From: an uncultured Collinsella sp.
GTDB lineage: Bacteria; Actinomycetota; Coriobacteriia; Coriobacteriales; Coriobacteriaceae
Direction of reading: 5' to 3'
DNA: 64,000 bases
Assembly (NCBI GenBank): GCA_902466075.1
Contig: CABQQA010000001.1
Span: forward strand, 365,403 to 429,402
Shown piece by piece: positions 1 through 7,686 of this stretch. The notes beneath the pieces were generated by a model, which saw nothing but the letters and a program-made list of their open reading frames with translations, was not told the origin of the DNA and made no database searches. A program made the position numbers and the translations under genes. How positions within the stretch are numbered: position 1 is the first letter of the stretch; every line of letters begins with the position of its first letter.

Positions 1-10
1 TGCGCTCGGC

Positions 11-988
11 TTGCCGTTGCATACATTGGTTGGGACGAGAAATAAGCGGACTTGTCCTGCCAGCGTTAGGCAACGGCTGTTCCTTGGTGAGCTTCCCAGG
101 GAATCCGTGCTGGAAACGGAACATGGGTTTTTGGTCACATCTCCTTTGCTGACGGCATTCATCATGTCGCGGCATCTGACGGATCTCCAGCTGCTTTTGG
201 TATTGGCGGAGATGTGCGGCTTGTTTACGGTTTGTGCCTTGCCAGCAGCACTCGAGGCAGAGCTTTCGCGTGCAATTGAGTCGGGCGCGATTCCGGCAAC
301 CTTTGGTTGGGCACGTTGCCCGTCCGAGGACGGTGCCGCCTCAAATTTGTGGCGGCGCGACGCTTTGGTTTTGGACGGAGATCTTGACCGTTTTTGTTCA
401 GATGTTTGTGGGATGCGTTACGGCAAGCGATTTGTCGCGGTATCGCATCTCGTTCCACTGGGTGCCGCATCGCCTTTTGAGGTTGAGACGTATTTGTTGC
501 TTGGGTTGCCACGATCATTGGGAGGCGAAGGTTTTTGCGGCATAGAGCTCAATGTCGAAGTGGCGCTAAGCGCAAGTGCTCGGGCGATTGTAGGCAAGTC
601 CCGCGTATACATTGACCTACTTCTGTCTTCGCCGGACGGAGAGCGACAGGTGGCCATTGAATGCCAAGGAAAGGGCTCACACGGGCGAGCCGGGGATGGT
701 TTGCGTGACGCCGACCGCATGACGGCGCTTCAGGCCATGGGCTACGATGTATTTCTCCTGACACACGGACAGATATCCGATGATGATAGATTCCACGCGA
801 TTGTTAAGGCCGTATGCAGGTTGCTCGATGTTGAATATCGCGATAAAAGCTTGGAGGAGCAAGGGGCCGAGGCATTACTTCGGTCTGAGCTATTCGTTGA
901 CTGGTCAAAACTGGGAGAAATCGACAAAAAGATGCCCGTTAGACACAAAAAGGCCCGATCATGGACGGTTGCAAATCTAAGTGAGTAG
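11..988 (+). CDS. hypothetical protein with C-terminal DUF559/Vsr-like endonuclease-fold motif; may be 5'-partial (ORF opens with TTG at window edge)
   Basis: 325-codon ORF. C-terminal segment VAIECQGKGSHG...DADRMTALQAMGYDVFLLTHGQI resembles the DUF559 pattern (hhIE.DG..H...D..R...L...G..V.R). The last four codons and the stop lie inside repeat copy A. Confidence 0.4.
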   Translation: MPLHTLVGTRNKRTCPASVRQRLFLGELPRESVLETEHGFLVTSPLLTAFIMSRHLTDLQLLLVLAEMCGLFTVCALPAALEAELSRAIESGAIPATFGWARCPSEDGAASNLWRRDALVLDGDLDRFCSDVCGMRYGKRFVAVSHLVPLGAASPFEVETYLLLGLPRSLGGEGFCGIELNVEVALSASARAIVGKSRVYIDLLLSSPDGERQVAIECQGKGSHGRAGDGLRDADRMTALQAMGYDVFLLTHGQISDDDRFHAIVKAVCRLLDVEYRDKSLEEQGAEALLRSELFVDWSKLGEIDKKMPVRHKKARSWTVANLSE

Positions 989-1099
989 ACTTTTAGCGTG
1001 ATGGCGACCAGATTGTTTTGCGGCAAGCTATCTACCTGCGGTTTTATAAAGCAATACGGGTGGTCTGCTCGACAAGTTCCCAAAAGGCTACTCACTTAG
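977..1099 (+). repeat. copy A of a ~122-bp element with 17-18 bp terminal inverted repeats (CTAAGTGAGTAGACTTTT ... AAAAGGCTACTCACTTAG) and a conserved core ATCTACCTGCGGTTTTAT
   Basis: Direct comparison with 10490-10611. The termini and the 18-bp core are near-identical. The internal spacers differ in sequence but are similar in length. Confidence 0.7.
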
Positions 1100-1230
1100 T
1101 TTTTGACGCGAAGCCGATGTCAAAGGTGGTCCTATTTTTGGGACGTTAACTGGTTTGCAAGACACGAAAAAGGCCCGAACCATGCGGTCCGGGCCTTATC
1201 GAGCTAGAGATTATCTCTTAGGCGGCTGGC

Positions 1231-1791
1231 TTAGCCAAAGTAGCGCTTGAGCAGGCCGGCGAAAGCCTTGCCGTGGCGAGCCTCGTCGCGAGCCATCTCG
1301 TGCACGGTGTCGTGGATGGCATCGAGGCCAGCGGCCTTGGCGCGCTTGGCAAGATCGGTCTTGCCGGCGGTGGCGCCGTTCTCGGCCTCAACGCGCATCT
1401 CGAGGTTCTTCTTGGTGGAGTCGGTCACGACTTCGCCCAGGAGCTCGGCGAACTTGGCGGCATGCTCGGCCTCCTCGTGCGCAGCCTTCTCCCAGTACAG
1501 GCCGATCTCGGGATAGCCCTCGCGATGAGCGACGCGAGCCATGGCCAGGTACATACCGACTTCGGAGCACTCGCCCTCAAAGTTGGCGCGCAGGTCGGCA
1601 ACGATATCCTCGGAGACGCCCTCCATCTTGGCGACGCCCACGACGTGCTCAGCAGCCCACTCGAGCTGACCCTCCTCCTGCTTCAGGAAGCGTGAACCGG
1701 GAACGCCGCACTGGGGGCACTTGAAGTCCTCGGGCAGCTGGTCGCCGTCGAACTCTTCCACATAACCGCAAACGGGGCAAACAAACTTCAT
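1231..1791 (-). CDS. rbr: reverse rubrerythrin (N-terminal rubredoxin-like CxxC...CxxC domain plus ferritin-like diiron domain)
   Basis: Starts [10 protein letters not shown]...CPQCG, then a four-helix ferritin-like region with the E..H pairs typical of rubrerythrin. The internal ATG at 1791 is preceded by AAAGGA. The upstream part of the ORF (to 1884) has no RBS. Confidence 0.85.
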   Translation of the reverse strand: MKFVCPVCGYVEEFDGDQLPEDFKCPQCGVPGSRFLKQEEGQLEWAAEHVVGVAKMEGVSEDIVADLRANFEGECSEVGMYLAMARVAHREGYPEIGLYWEKAAHEEAEHAAKFAELLGEVVTDSTKKNLEMRVEAENGATAGKTDLAKRAKAAGLDAIHDTVHEMARDEARHGKAFAGLLKRYFG

Positions 1792-2047
1792 GATTCGATC
1801 CTTTCGATCGATGGCGATGGAGCGCTCGTCCGGTCCCGTAAGGGCCCTCTCCGGACGCGCGTCTTGACGAGTTCTATTATCCATAAATGCAACCGAATGT
1901 GAAGCCTATTAGGAATGATTTTTAATAAAACAATTTTGAGATATGAAGATGTTGACTGATTAACGATTGGTAGGCCGTCTTTGACCGCCGCTGAGTACAA
2001 TCGAGCGAGCAAATGTTGACCTATCAACAAATGAAGGAGTTTCCTTT

Positions 2048-3268
2048 ATGCATCTAGCCCGTCGTGCCTGGTGCCGAACATATCAGACGGTTTTTCGCAT
2101 TGCATTGCCAATCCTGCCCTATACCGAGCCGCGCATTTTAGAGCATGCCGAGGATGTGCCCGCGGTGCTTCAAAAGCGCTCGATCCAGAAGGTCCTTATC
2201 GTGACGGATCCCGGCATTGCCCGTCTGGGGCTCACGGCATCACTCGAGCGTGCGCTTACGGCTCAGGGGATTGGCGTTACGGTCTATGCCGAAACGCGTA
2301 TGAACCCCACGGTCTCAAACGTGGAGGAAGCGGCGTCCCTGTATCGAGAGAGCGCCTGCCAGGCTATTATCGGCTTTGGCGGTGGCTCGGCCATGGACTG
2401 CGCCAAGGGCGTGGGCGCACGCATTGCGCAGCCAAGCAAGCCCATCAACAAGATGCGCGGCCTGCTGCGGATTCATCGTCGCCTGCCGCTTCTCATCGCC
2501 GTTCCCACCACGGCAGGCACGGGAAGCGAAGTCACGCTCGCGGCGGTAATTACCGATGACGAGACGCACTACAAGTACCCCATTAACGACTTTGTGCTTA
2601 TCCCGCGCTTTGCGGTGCACGACCCCGAGTTTACGCGCGGCCTGCCCGCCTCCATTACGGGGCAGACGGGTATGGATGCCCTGACGCATGCCGTCGAGGC
2701 CTTTATCGGGCGAAGCACTACGCCCTATACGCGCAAGATGGCGCGACAGGCGGTGCAGCTCATCCATGACAATTTGCTCGAGGCCTATGAGCATGGTGAC
2801 GACATGCGCGCTCGTCGCAATATGCTTTCGGCGGCGTATAAGGCGGGCGTTGCGTTTACCCGCTCCTATGTCGGATATGTGCATGCCATCGCGCACAGTC
2901 TGGGCGGCCGATACGGAATTCCGCACGGTTTGGCCAACGCGATCATCCTGCCGCACATGCTTCGCGCTTATGGTGACGCCGCCGCCCCCAAGCTTGCCGA
3001 TCTTGCTCGCATGGCGGGCATTGCGCCGGCTACCGCGCAGGACAGCCTGGCGGCCGAGGCCTTTATCGATTGGGTTGACCGCATGAACGAGGCCCTGGGA
3101 ATCCCCAAATATGTCTCGGGTATTCGCCGCTCCGATATTCCGCAAATGGCGGCCCATGCCGATGCCGAGGCCAATCCGCTATACCCCGTTCCACTTTTGA
3201 TGGACCGTTTGGAGCTCGAGCATATGTACGAGGTCGTTGCGGGTGGTATGTTTGAGGACGAGAACTAG
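2048..3268 (+). CDS. iron-containing (group III) alcohol dehydrogenase
   Basis: GGGSAMDCAKG, the AVPTTAGTGSEVT NAD-binding loop, and HAVEAF / HAIAHSLGGRYGIPHG metal-site histidines. AAGGAG lies 11 nt upstream of the ATG. Confidence 0.85.
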   Translation: MHLARRAWCRTYQTVFRIALPILPYTEPRILEHAEDVPAVLQKRSIQKVLIVTDPGIARLGLTASLERALTAQGIGVTVYAETRMNPTVSNVEEAASLYRESACQAIIGFGGGSAMDCAKGVGARIAQPSKPINKMRGLLRIHRRLPLLIAVPTTAGTGSEVTLAAVITDDETHYKYPINDFVLIPRFAVHDPEFTRGLPASITGQTGMDALTHAVEAFIGRSTTPYTRKMARQAVQLIHDNLLEAYEHGDDMRARRNMLSAAYKAGVAFTRSYVGYVHAIAHSLGGRYGIPHGLANAIILPHMLRAYGDAAAPKLADLARMAGIAPATAQDSLAAEAFIDWVDRMNEALGIPKYVSGIRRSDIPQMAAHADAEANPLYPVPLLMDRLELEHMYEVVAGGMFEDEN

Positions 3269-3276
3269 GAGGGTCC

Positions 3277-4656
3277 ATGAACACCGAGGAAATTGCGCGC
3301 ATCGTCGGCGACCAGCGCGCCTACTTTAAGACGAACGCCACGTTTGATGTCGATGCTCGGCGTCGTGCGCTCGTGAGTTTACGCGATGCGGTACGGGCCC
3401 ACGAGGCCGATATTGCCCATGCGCTCAAGACCGATTTGGGAAAGTCACATGACGAGGCGTATATGTGCGAGATCGGCACCTCGCTTTCCGAGATTCGACA
3501 TCAGATTGCGCATGTGGCTCGATGGAGTCGCCCGCGTCTGCGTCCGTGTGACCTCGCCAACGCCGTGAGTGTGTGCAAGACGCAGGCCGTGCCCTATGGC
3601 GTCACACTCATCATGGCTCCGTGGAACTACCCGTTTTTGCTGACGCTCGAGCCGCTCGCCGGCGCCCTTGCCGCGGGCAATACTGTGGTCATCAAGCCGA
3701 GTGCCTATGCTCCGGCATCGAGCGCGGTGCTCAAGCAAATCTGTGAAGAGGCATTTGATCCGCGCCTGGTGACGGTTGTCGAGGGCGGGCGCGCCGAAAA
3801 TGAAGCGCTGCTCGACGAGTGCTGGGACAAGATTTTCTTTACCGGTAGCGTTCCGGTCGGCAAACTCGTTATGGAGCGCGCAAGTAAAAACCTTACGCCC
3901 GTGACGCTTGAGCTGGGCGGAAAGAGTCCCTGCATCGTGGATGCGACGGCAAACCTGAAGGTCGCGGCGCGGCGTATCGCCTTTGGTAAATGGCTCAACG
4001 TGGGGCAGACCTGCGTGGCGCCCGACTACCTGCTGGTCGATACGCGCGTGCATGACGAGCTGCTGAGCCTCATCAAGGAGGAGGTCCGCCGTATGTTTGG
4101 CGACCACCCACTCGATAACGAGGATTACGGACATATCGTCAACGCCAAGCATTTTGCGCGCGTGCGCGGGCTGATCGACCCCGATAAGGTTGTGCTTGGA
4201 GGCACGGCGCGCGAGTCGTCGCTCAAGATCGAGCCGACGATTTTGGACGGCGTGGCCCCCGATGACGCCGTGATGCAGGAGGAGATTTTCGGCCCCATTT
4301 TGCCGGTGCTGACGTTTGAGAGCCTAGACGAGGCCGAGACGTTTATTACGGATCGTCCGACGCCGCTGGCCCTGTATATCTTTAGCCAGGATCGTGCGGC
4401 TCAGCAGCGCTTTGTGCGCTACGTGCCCTTTGGTGGTGGCTGCGTCAACGACACCATCATGCATCTGGCTACGAGCCATATGGGCTTTGGCGGCATGGGA
4501 GCGAGCGGTATGGGGCAGTACCATGGACGCGAGAGCTTCGACACGTTTAGCCACAAGAAGAGCATCGTGAACAAGGCAACGTGGTTGGACGTGCCATTCC
4601 GCTATGCTCCTTACGCAGACTGGAAGCACAAATTCGTGCGCATGTTTGTGCATTAG
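3277..4656 (+). CDS. aldehyde dehydrogenase family protein (ALDH3-like)
   Basis: PWNYPF, the ELGGKSPCIVD catalytic Glu/Cys region, and FGPIL. GGAGGG RBS. Lies 9 nt after the Fe-ADH stop. Confidence 0.85.
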   Translation: MNTEEIARIVGDQRAYFKTNATFDVDARRRALVSLRDAVRAHEADIAHALKTDLGKSHDEAYMCEIGTSLSEIRHQIAHVARWSRPRLRPCDLANAVSVCKTQAVPYGVTLIMAPWNYPFLLTLEPLAGALAAGNTVVIKPSAYAPASSAVLKQICEEAFDPRLVTVVEGGRAENEALLDECWDKIFFTGSVPVGKLVMERASKNLTPVTLELGGKSPCIVDATANLKVAARRIAFGKWLNVGQTCVAPDYLLVDTRVHDELLSLIKEEVRRMFGDHPLDNEDYGHIVNAKHFARVRGLIDPDKVVLGGTARESSLKIEPTILDGVAPDDAVMQEEIFGPILPVLTFESLDEAETFITDRPTPLALYIFSQDRAAQQRFVRYVPFGGGCVNDTIMHLATSHMGFGGMGASGMGQYHGRESFDTFSHKKSIVNKATWLDVPFRYAPYADWKHKFVRMFVH

Positions 4657-4908
4657 AATCAGATGACATAGGGATAAACAAAGTGGCCGCCCCCGCGTAA
4701 GCGAAGACGGCCATTTCTCACGATGAAAACGTGTATCGGAGTTGGCAAGACCCGCTGCCACGGGTGCCATCCGTGTTCCCATCTTATCTGCAAGCGTTCC
4801 GTTGCGCAAGCGTTGCGGCAAACGATTGAAAGACGCAGACAGGATGAATTTGTGTCCGCACGGGCCCGTAGACTTCTCAACTACGTTGTGGATGCTCGCT
4901 AATCGGTA

Positions 4909-5100
4909 ATGGAGGCGCACGTGTTTGATGACGATGACCTGTTCGATCTGACAGACGATCCGTTTGAGTGGGATATGCTACTCGATGACGATGAGTTGGA
5001 GCAGGACCGTAAGAAGCGGCAGGGCAAGAAGACGCGGGATGACGCTTCGAAAAAGCAGGACAAGCGTCGCCGAGGTCTGTTCGGCGGGCTCTTTGGGTGA
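4909..5100 (+). CDS. small hypothetical protein with a strongly acidic N-terminal half, a basic middle and a GLFGGLFG C-terminus
   Basis: 63 codons, composition only. GGAGG precedes an alternative GTG start at 4921. No family recognised. Confidence 0.25.
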   Translation: MEAHVFDDDDLFDLTDDPFEWDMLLDDDELEQDRKKRQGKKTRDDASKKQDKRRRGLFGGLFG

Positions 5101-5166
5101 CTGTCTCATCGCCGCGTCTGTATACTAAACAGGTCTTATACGCGTTGCGAAATGAGGACAGAGACG

Positions 5167-5712
5167 ATGATGTGGTTTACCGCCGACCTGCACCTGGGCG
5201 ATACGAATATCTTGCACGACATGGATCGACCGTTTGATTCGGTCGAGGAGATGAACCGCAAGGTCATCGATGCCATCAATGAGTGCGTGGCTGTGGACGA
5301 CCGCCTCTATATCTTGGGAGACTTTACCTATCGTTTGCCCCTGGCGGAGGCGGTGCGCCTGCGCGAGCGCATCGAATGTCAGAACGTAACGCTCATCCGC
5401 GGTAACCATGACGGCGACTGGGAAGATCCAGACGCGCCGCACATTTGGGATGAGGTGCGCGATTATCTGGAGGTTGCCCCCGGTTACGCGAAGGGCCATC
5501 GCCTGGTAATGAGCCATTACCCCATGCTCAGCTGGAACGGCAAGGCGCGTGGCGCCATCATGCTACACGGGCATATCCACAGCAGAGGAGACCGCACCAA
5601 CGCTCGCAACCGCGATCGCGAGCGCCCCATTTACCGCTACGATGTGGGCCTCGACGCCAACAACTACAAGCCCGTAAGCCGAGACCAGATCCTGAATTTC
5701 TTTGGACTGTAG
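5167..5712 (+). CDS. metallophosphoesterase (calcineurin-like phosphatase fold)
   Basis: Motifs DLHLGD, LGDFTYR, GNHD and HGHIHS. Internal ATG at 5167 is preceded by GAGGA. The ORF opens at 5152. Confidence 0.75.
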   Translation: MMWFTADLHLGDTNILHDMDRPFDSVEEMNRKVIDAINECVAVDDRLYILGDFTYRLPLAEAVRLRERIECQNVTLIRGNHDGDWEDPDAPHIWDEVRDYLEVAPGYAKGHRLVMSHYPMLSWNGKARGAIMLHGHIHSRGDRTNARNRDRERPIYRYDVGLDANNYKPVSRDQILNFFGL

Positions 5713-5850
5713 CTCGCAAACCGCCACGAAGGGGACAGGCACCTTTGTGGTGGTTCTGGCGCCGTAGTCATTCTGGTAGCGGCGACTTATTTGTCCGCGC
5801 GGCGCGGTAGAGTGAAGGCGGTTGAAGTTTGCGTCCATCGAGGAGCTGCT

Positions 5851-7608
5851 ATGAACGAGATTAAGTGCCCGCATTGCGGCGAAGTTTTTAAGGTCGATGC
5901 GTCCGGCTATGCGGATATCGTCAAACAAGTGCGCAACGCCGAGTTTTCGCGCGATCTGGATGAGCGTGTGAGGGCAGTCCAGCGCGAGGGCGAGCAGGCG
6001 CTGGAGCTTGAGCGCTCGCGTTCGACGGCTGCCTTGCAAGAGGCAGAGTCTCAGCGCAACGCTCAGCTTGCCGAGCAGAAGAACACTGCGGAGCAGAAGC
6101 TGGCACAAGAGGTTGCCAAGCGCGACGCTGAGCTTGCCGAGCTGCGCGCCAAGCTCGAAGGCGCTGCCGCAGAGCGCGAGAGTGCAAGTCACCGCGCGGC
6201 GGTTGAGGCCCGCGCCGATGCTCAAAAGGAGAATGCCGAGCTTCAGCGCGAGATCGACAATTTGCGTGCGCAGCTGGAGCGCAAAGATGACGAAGCCAAG
6301 CTCGTCGAGTCGGCGACGCGCAATGCCGCTCAAAACGATTTAGCTGCACGTGATGCTCAGATTGCTGAGCTGCAGGCCAGACTTGCCGCGGCGGACAAGG
6401 CCCAGGAGATGGCGCTTGCCGCCGCTGCGGCCGAGTCGCAGCGTGAGCTCGATGCCGCTCGCAGCGAGGCCGAGCGCGCGCTTGCTGACTATCGCGTGAA
6501 GGTGCAAGAGAAGTTTTCTGCCGCAAAGGCACAGTCCGAGCAAGAGGCCGAGGGTCTGCGTGCCCAGTTGCGCGAGCAGGAACTGATGGCAAAAATGAAC
6601 CTGTCAGAGGCGGTCGCCGCGGCGGAGCGAGAGCGCGATGAGGCACGTGCCAAGCTGACGAGCGAGCTGGCGGTGCGCGATTCTCGCGAGGAGCAAGCCA
6701 AGGCGGCACACGAGCTCGAGCTTGCGCAGGCCAAGCGCGCGAGCGATGACCTGATTCGCTACAAGGATGAAGAGATTGAGCGCCTTAAGGACATGAAGGT
6801 CCGCCTGTCCACCAAGATGGTGGGCGAGTCGCTCGAGCAGCACTGCGAGACCGAGTTCAACCGTCTGCGCATGACGGCGTTTCCCAACGCGTACTTCGAG
6901 AAAGATAACGATGCGTCCGAGGGTACCAAGGGCGACTTTATCTTCCGCGAGTGCGACGCGAGCGGCAACGAGATCATTTCGATCATGTTCGAGATGAAAA
7001 ACGAGAACGACGAGACCGCGACCAAACACAAGAACGAGGATTTCTTTAAGAAACTCGATCACGATCGCCGCCAGAAAGGCTGCGAGTATGCGGTGCTCTG
7101 CACGTTGCTCGAGCCCGAGAGCGAGCTTTATAACGCAGGAATCGTGGACGTGAGCTATCGCTACGAGAAGATGTACGTGATCCGCCCACAGTTTTTCATT
7201 CCCATGATTACGCTGCTGCGCAACGCCGCCATGGGTTCGCTTCGCTATAAGCAGGAACTGGCGGAGTACAAACAGCAAAATATCGATGTCACGAACTTCG
7301 AAGCCAAGATGGAGAAGTTCAAGGATGGCTTCTCGCGCAACTACAACTTGGCGAGTAAGCAATTCGAGTCGGCAATCAAGGAGATCGATGCCGCCATTAA
7401 GCAGCTCGAGAAGACCAAGGACGACCTGCGCCGCAGCACCGAGAACCTGCGTCTTGCCCACAACAAGGCCGATGAGCTTACCATCCGCAAGCTCACATGG
7501 GGCAACAAGACCATGAAGGCAGCGTTTGACGAGGCGCATGAGGCTACACCAGAGACAAACGATGAGCCAGCCGAGGCAGATTCGTATGAGGTCGAGGATG
7601 CCGAGTAA
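5851..7608 (+). CDS. DUF2130-like protein: N-terminal CPHCG zinc-ribbon-like motif, a long Ala/Glu/Arg-rich coiled coil, and a conserved C-terminal domain
   Basis: The C-terminal region (KDMKVRLSTKMVGESLEQHCETEFN...FIFRECD...) matches my recollection of DUF2130. The start at MNEIKCPHCG follows a GGAGC RBS. The ORF opens earlier, at 5791. Confidence 0.55.
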   Translation: MNEIKCPHCGEVFKVDASGYADIVKQVRNAEFSRDLDERVRAVQREGEQALELERSRSTAALQEAESQRNAQLAEQKNTAEQKLAQEVAKRDAELAELRAKLEGAAAERESASHRAAVEARADAQKENAELQREIDNLRAQLERKDDEAKLVESATRNAAQNDLAARDAQIAELQARLAAADKAQEMALAAAAAESQRELDAARSEAERALADYRVKVQEKFSAAKAQSEQEAEGLRAQLREQELMAKMNLSEAVAAAERERDEARAKLTSELAVRDSREEQAKAAHELELAQAKRASDDLIRYKDEEIERLKDMKVRLSTKMVGESLEQHCETEFNRLRMTAFPNAYFEKDNDASEGTKGDFIFRECDASGNEIISIMFEMKNENDETATKHKNEDFFKKLDHDRRQKGCEYAVLCTLLEPESELYNAGIVDVSYRYEKMYVIRPQFFIPMITLLRNAAMGSLRYKQELAEYKQQNIDVTNFEAKMEKFKDGFSRNYNLASKQFESAIKEIDAAIKQLEKTKDDLRRSTENLRLAHNKADELTIRKLTWGNKTMKAAFDEAHEATPETNDEPAEADSYEVEDAE

Positions 7609-7628
7609 GGCATAGCGGATAGTGCAAG

Positions 7629-7664
7629 AGCGGGGCCGCTGGCGATGTTGCCAGCGGCCCCGCT
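7629..7664. terminator. bidirectional rho-independent terminator between convergent genes
   Basis: AGCGGGGCCGCTGGC-gatgtt-GCCAGCGGCCCCGCT perfect 15-bp stem followed by TCGTTTCGTT. Confidence 0.55.
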
Positions 7665-7686
7665 TCGTTTCGTTCCATTATGTTGG

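Noticed and set aside
2315-3157. 280-aa minus-strand ORF inside the Fe-ADH gene
   Set aside because: Antisense to a well-supported CDS. Arg/Gly/Ala-rich composition typical of spurious ORFs in high-GC DNA. No RBS or family resemblance.
6050-6200. Apparent DNA-level repeats (GCTCAGCTTGCCGAGC...) inside the DUF2130 gene
   Set aside because: Consequence of the repetitive AELAELRAKLE-type coiled-coil coding sequence rather than an independent DNA repeat element.
5921-7539. 262-aa and 311-aa minus-strand ORFs antisense to the DUF2130 gene
   Set aside because: They lie in the GC-rich, repetitive coiled-coil coding region, which keeps antisense frames open. Pro/Arg/Ala-rich translations.
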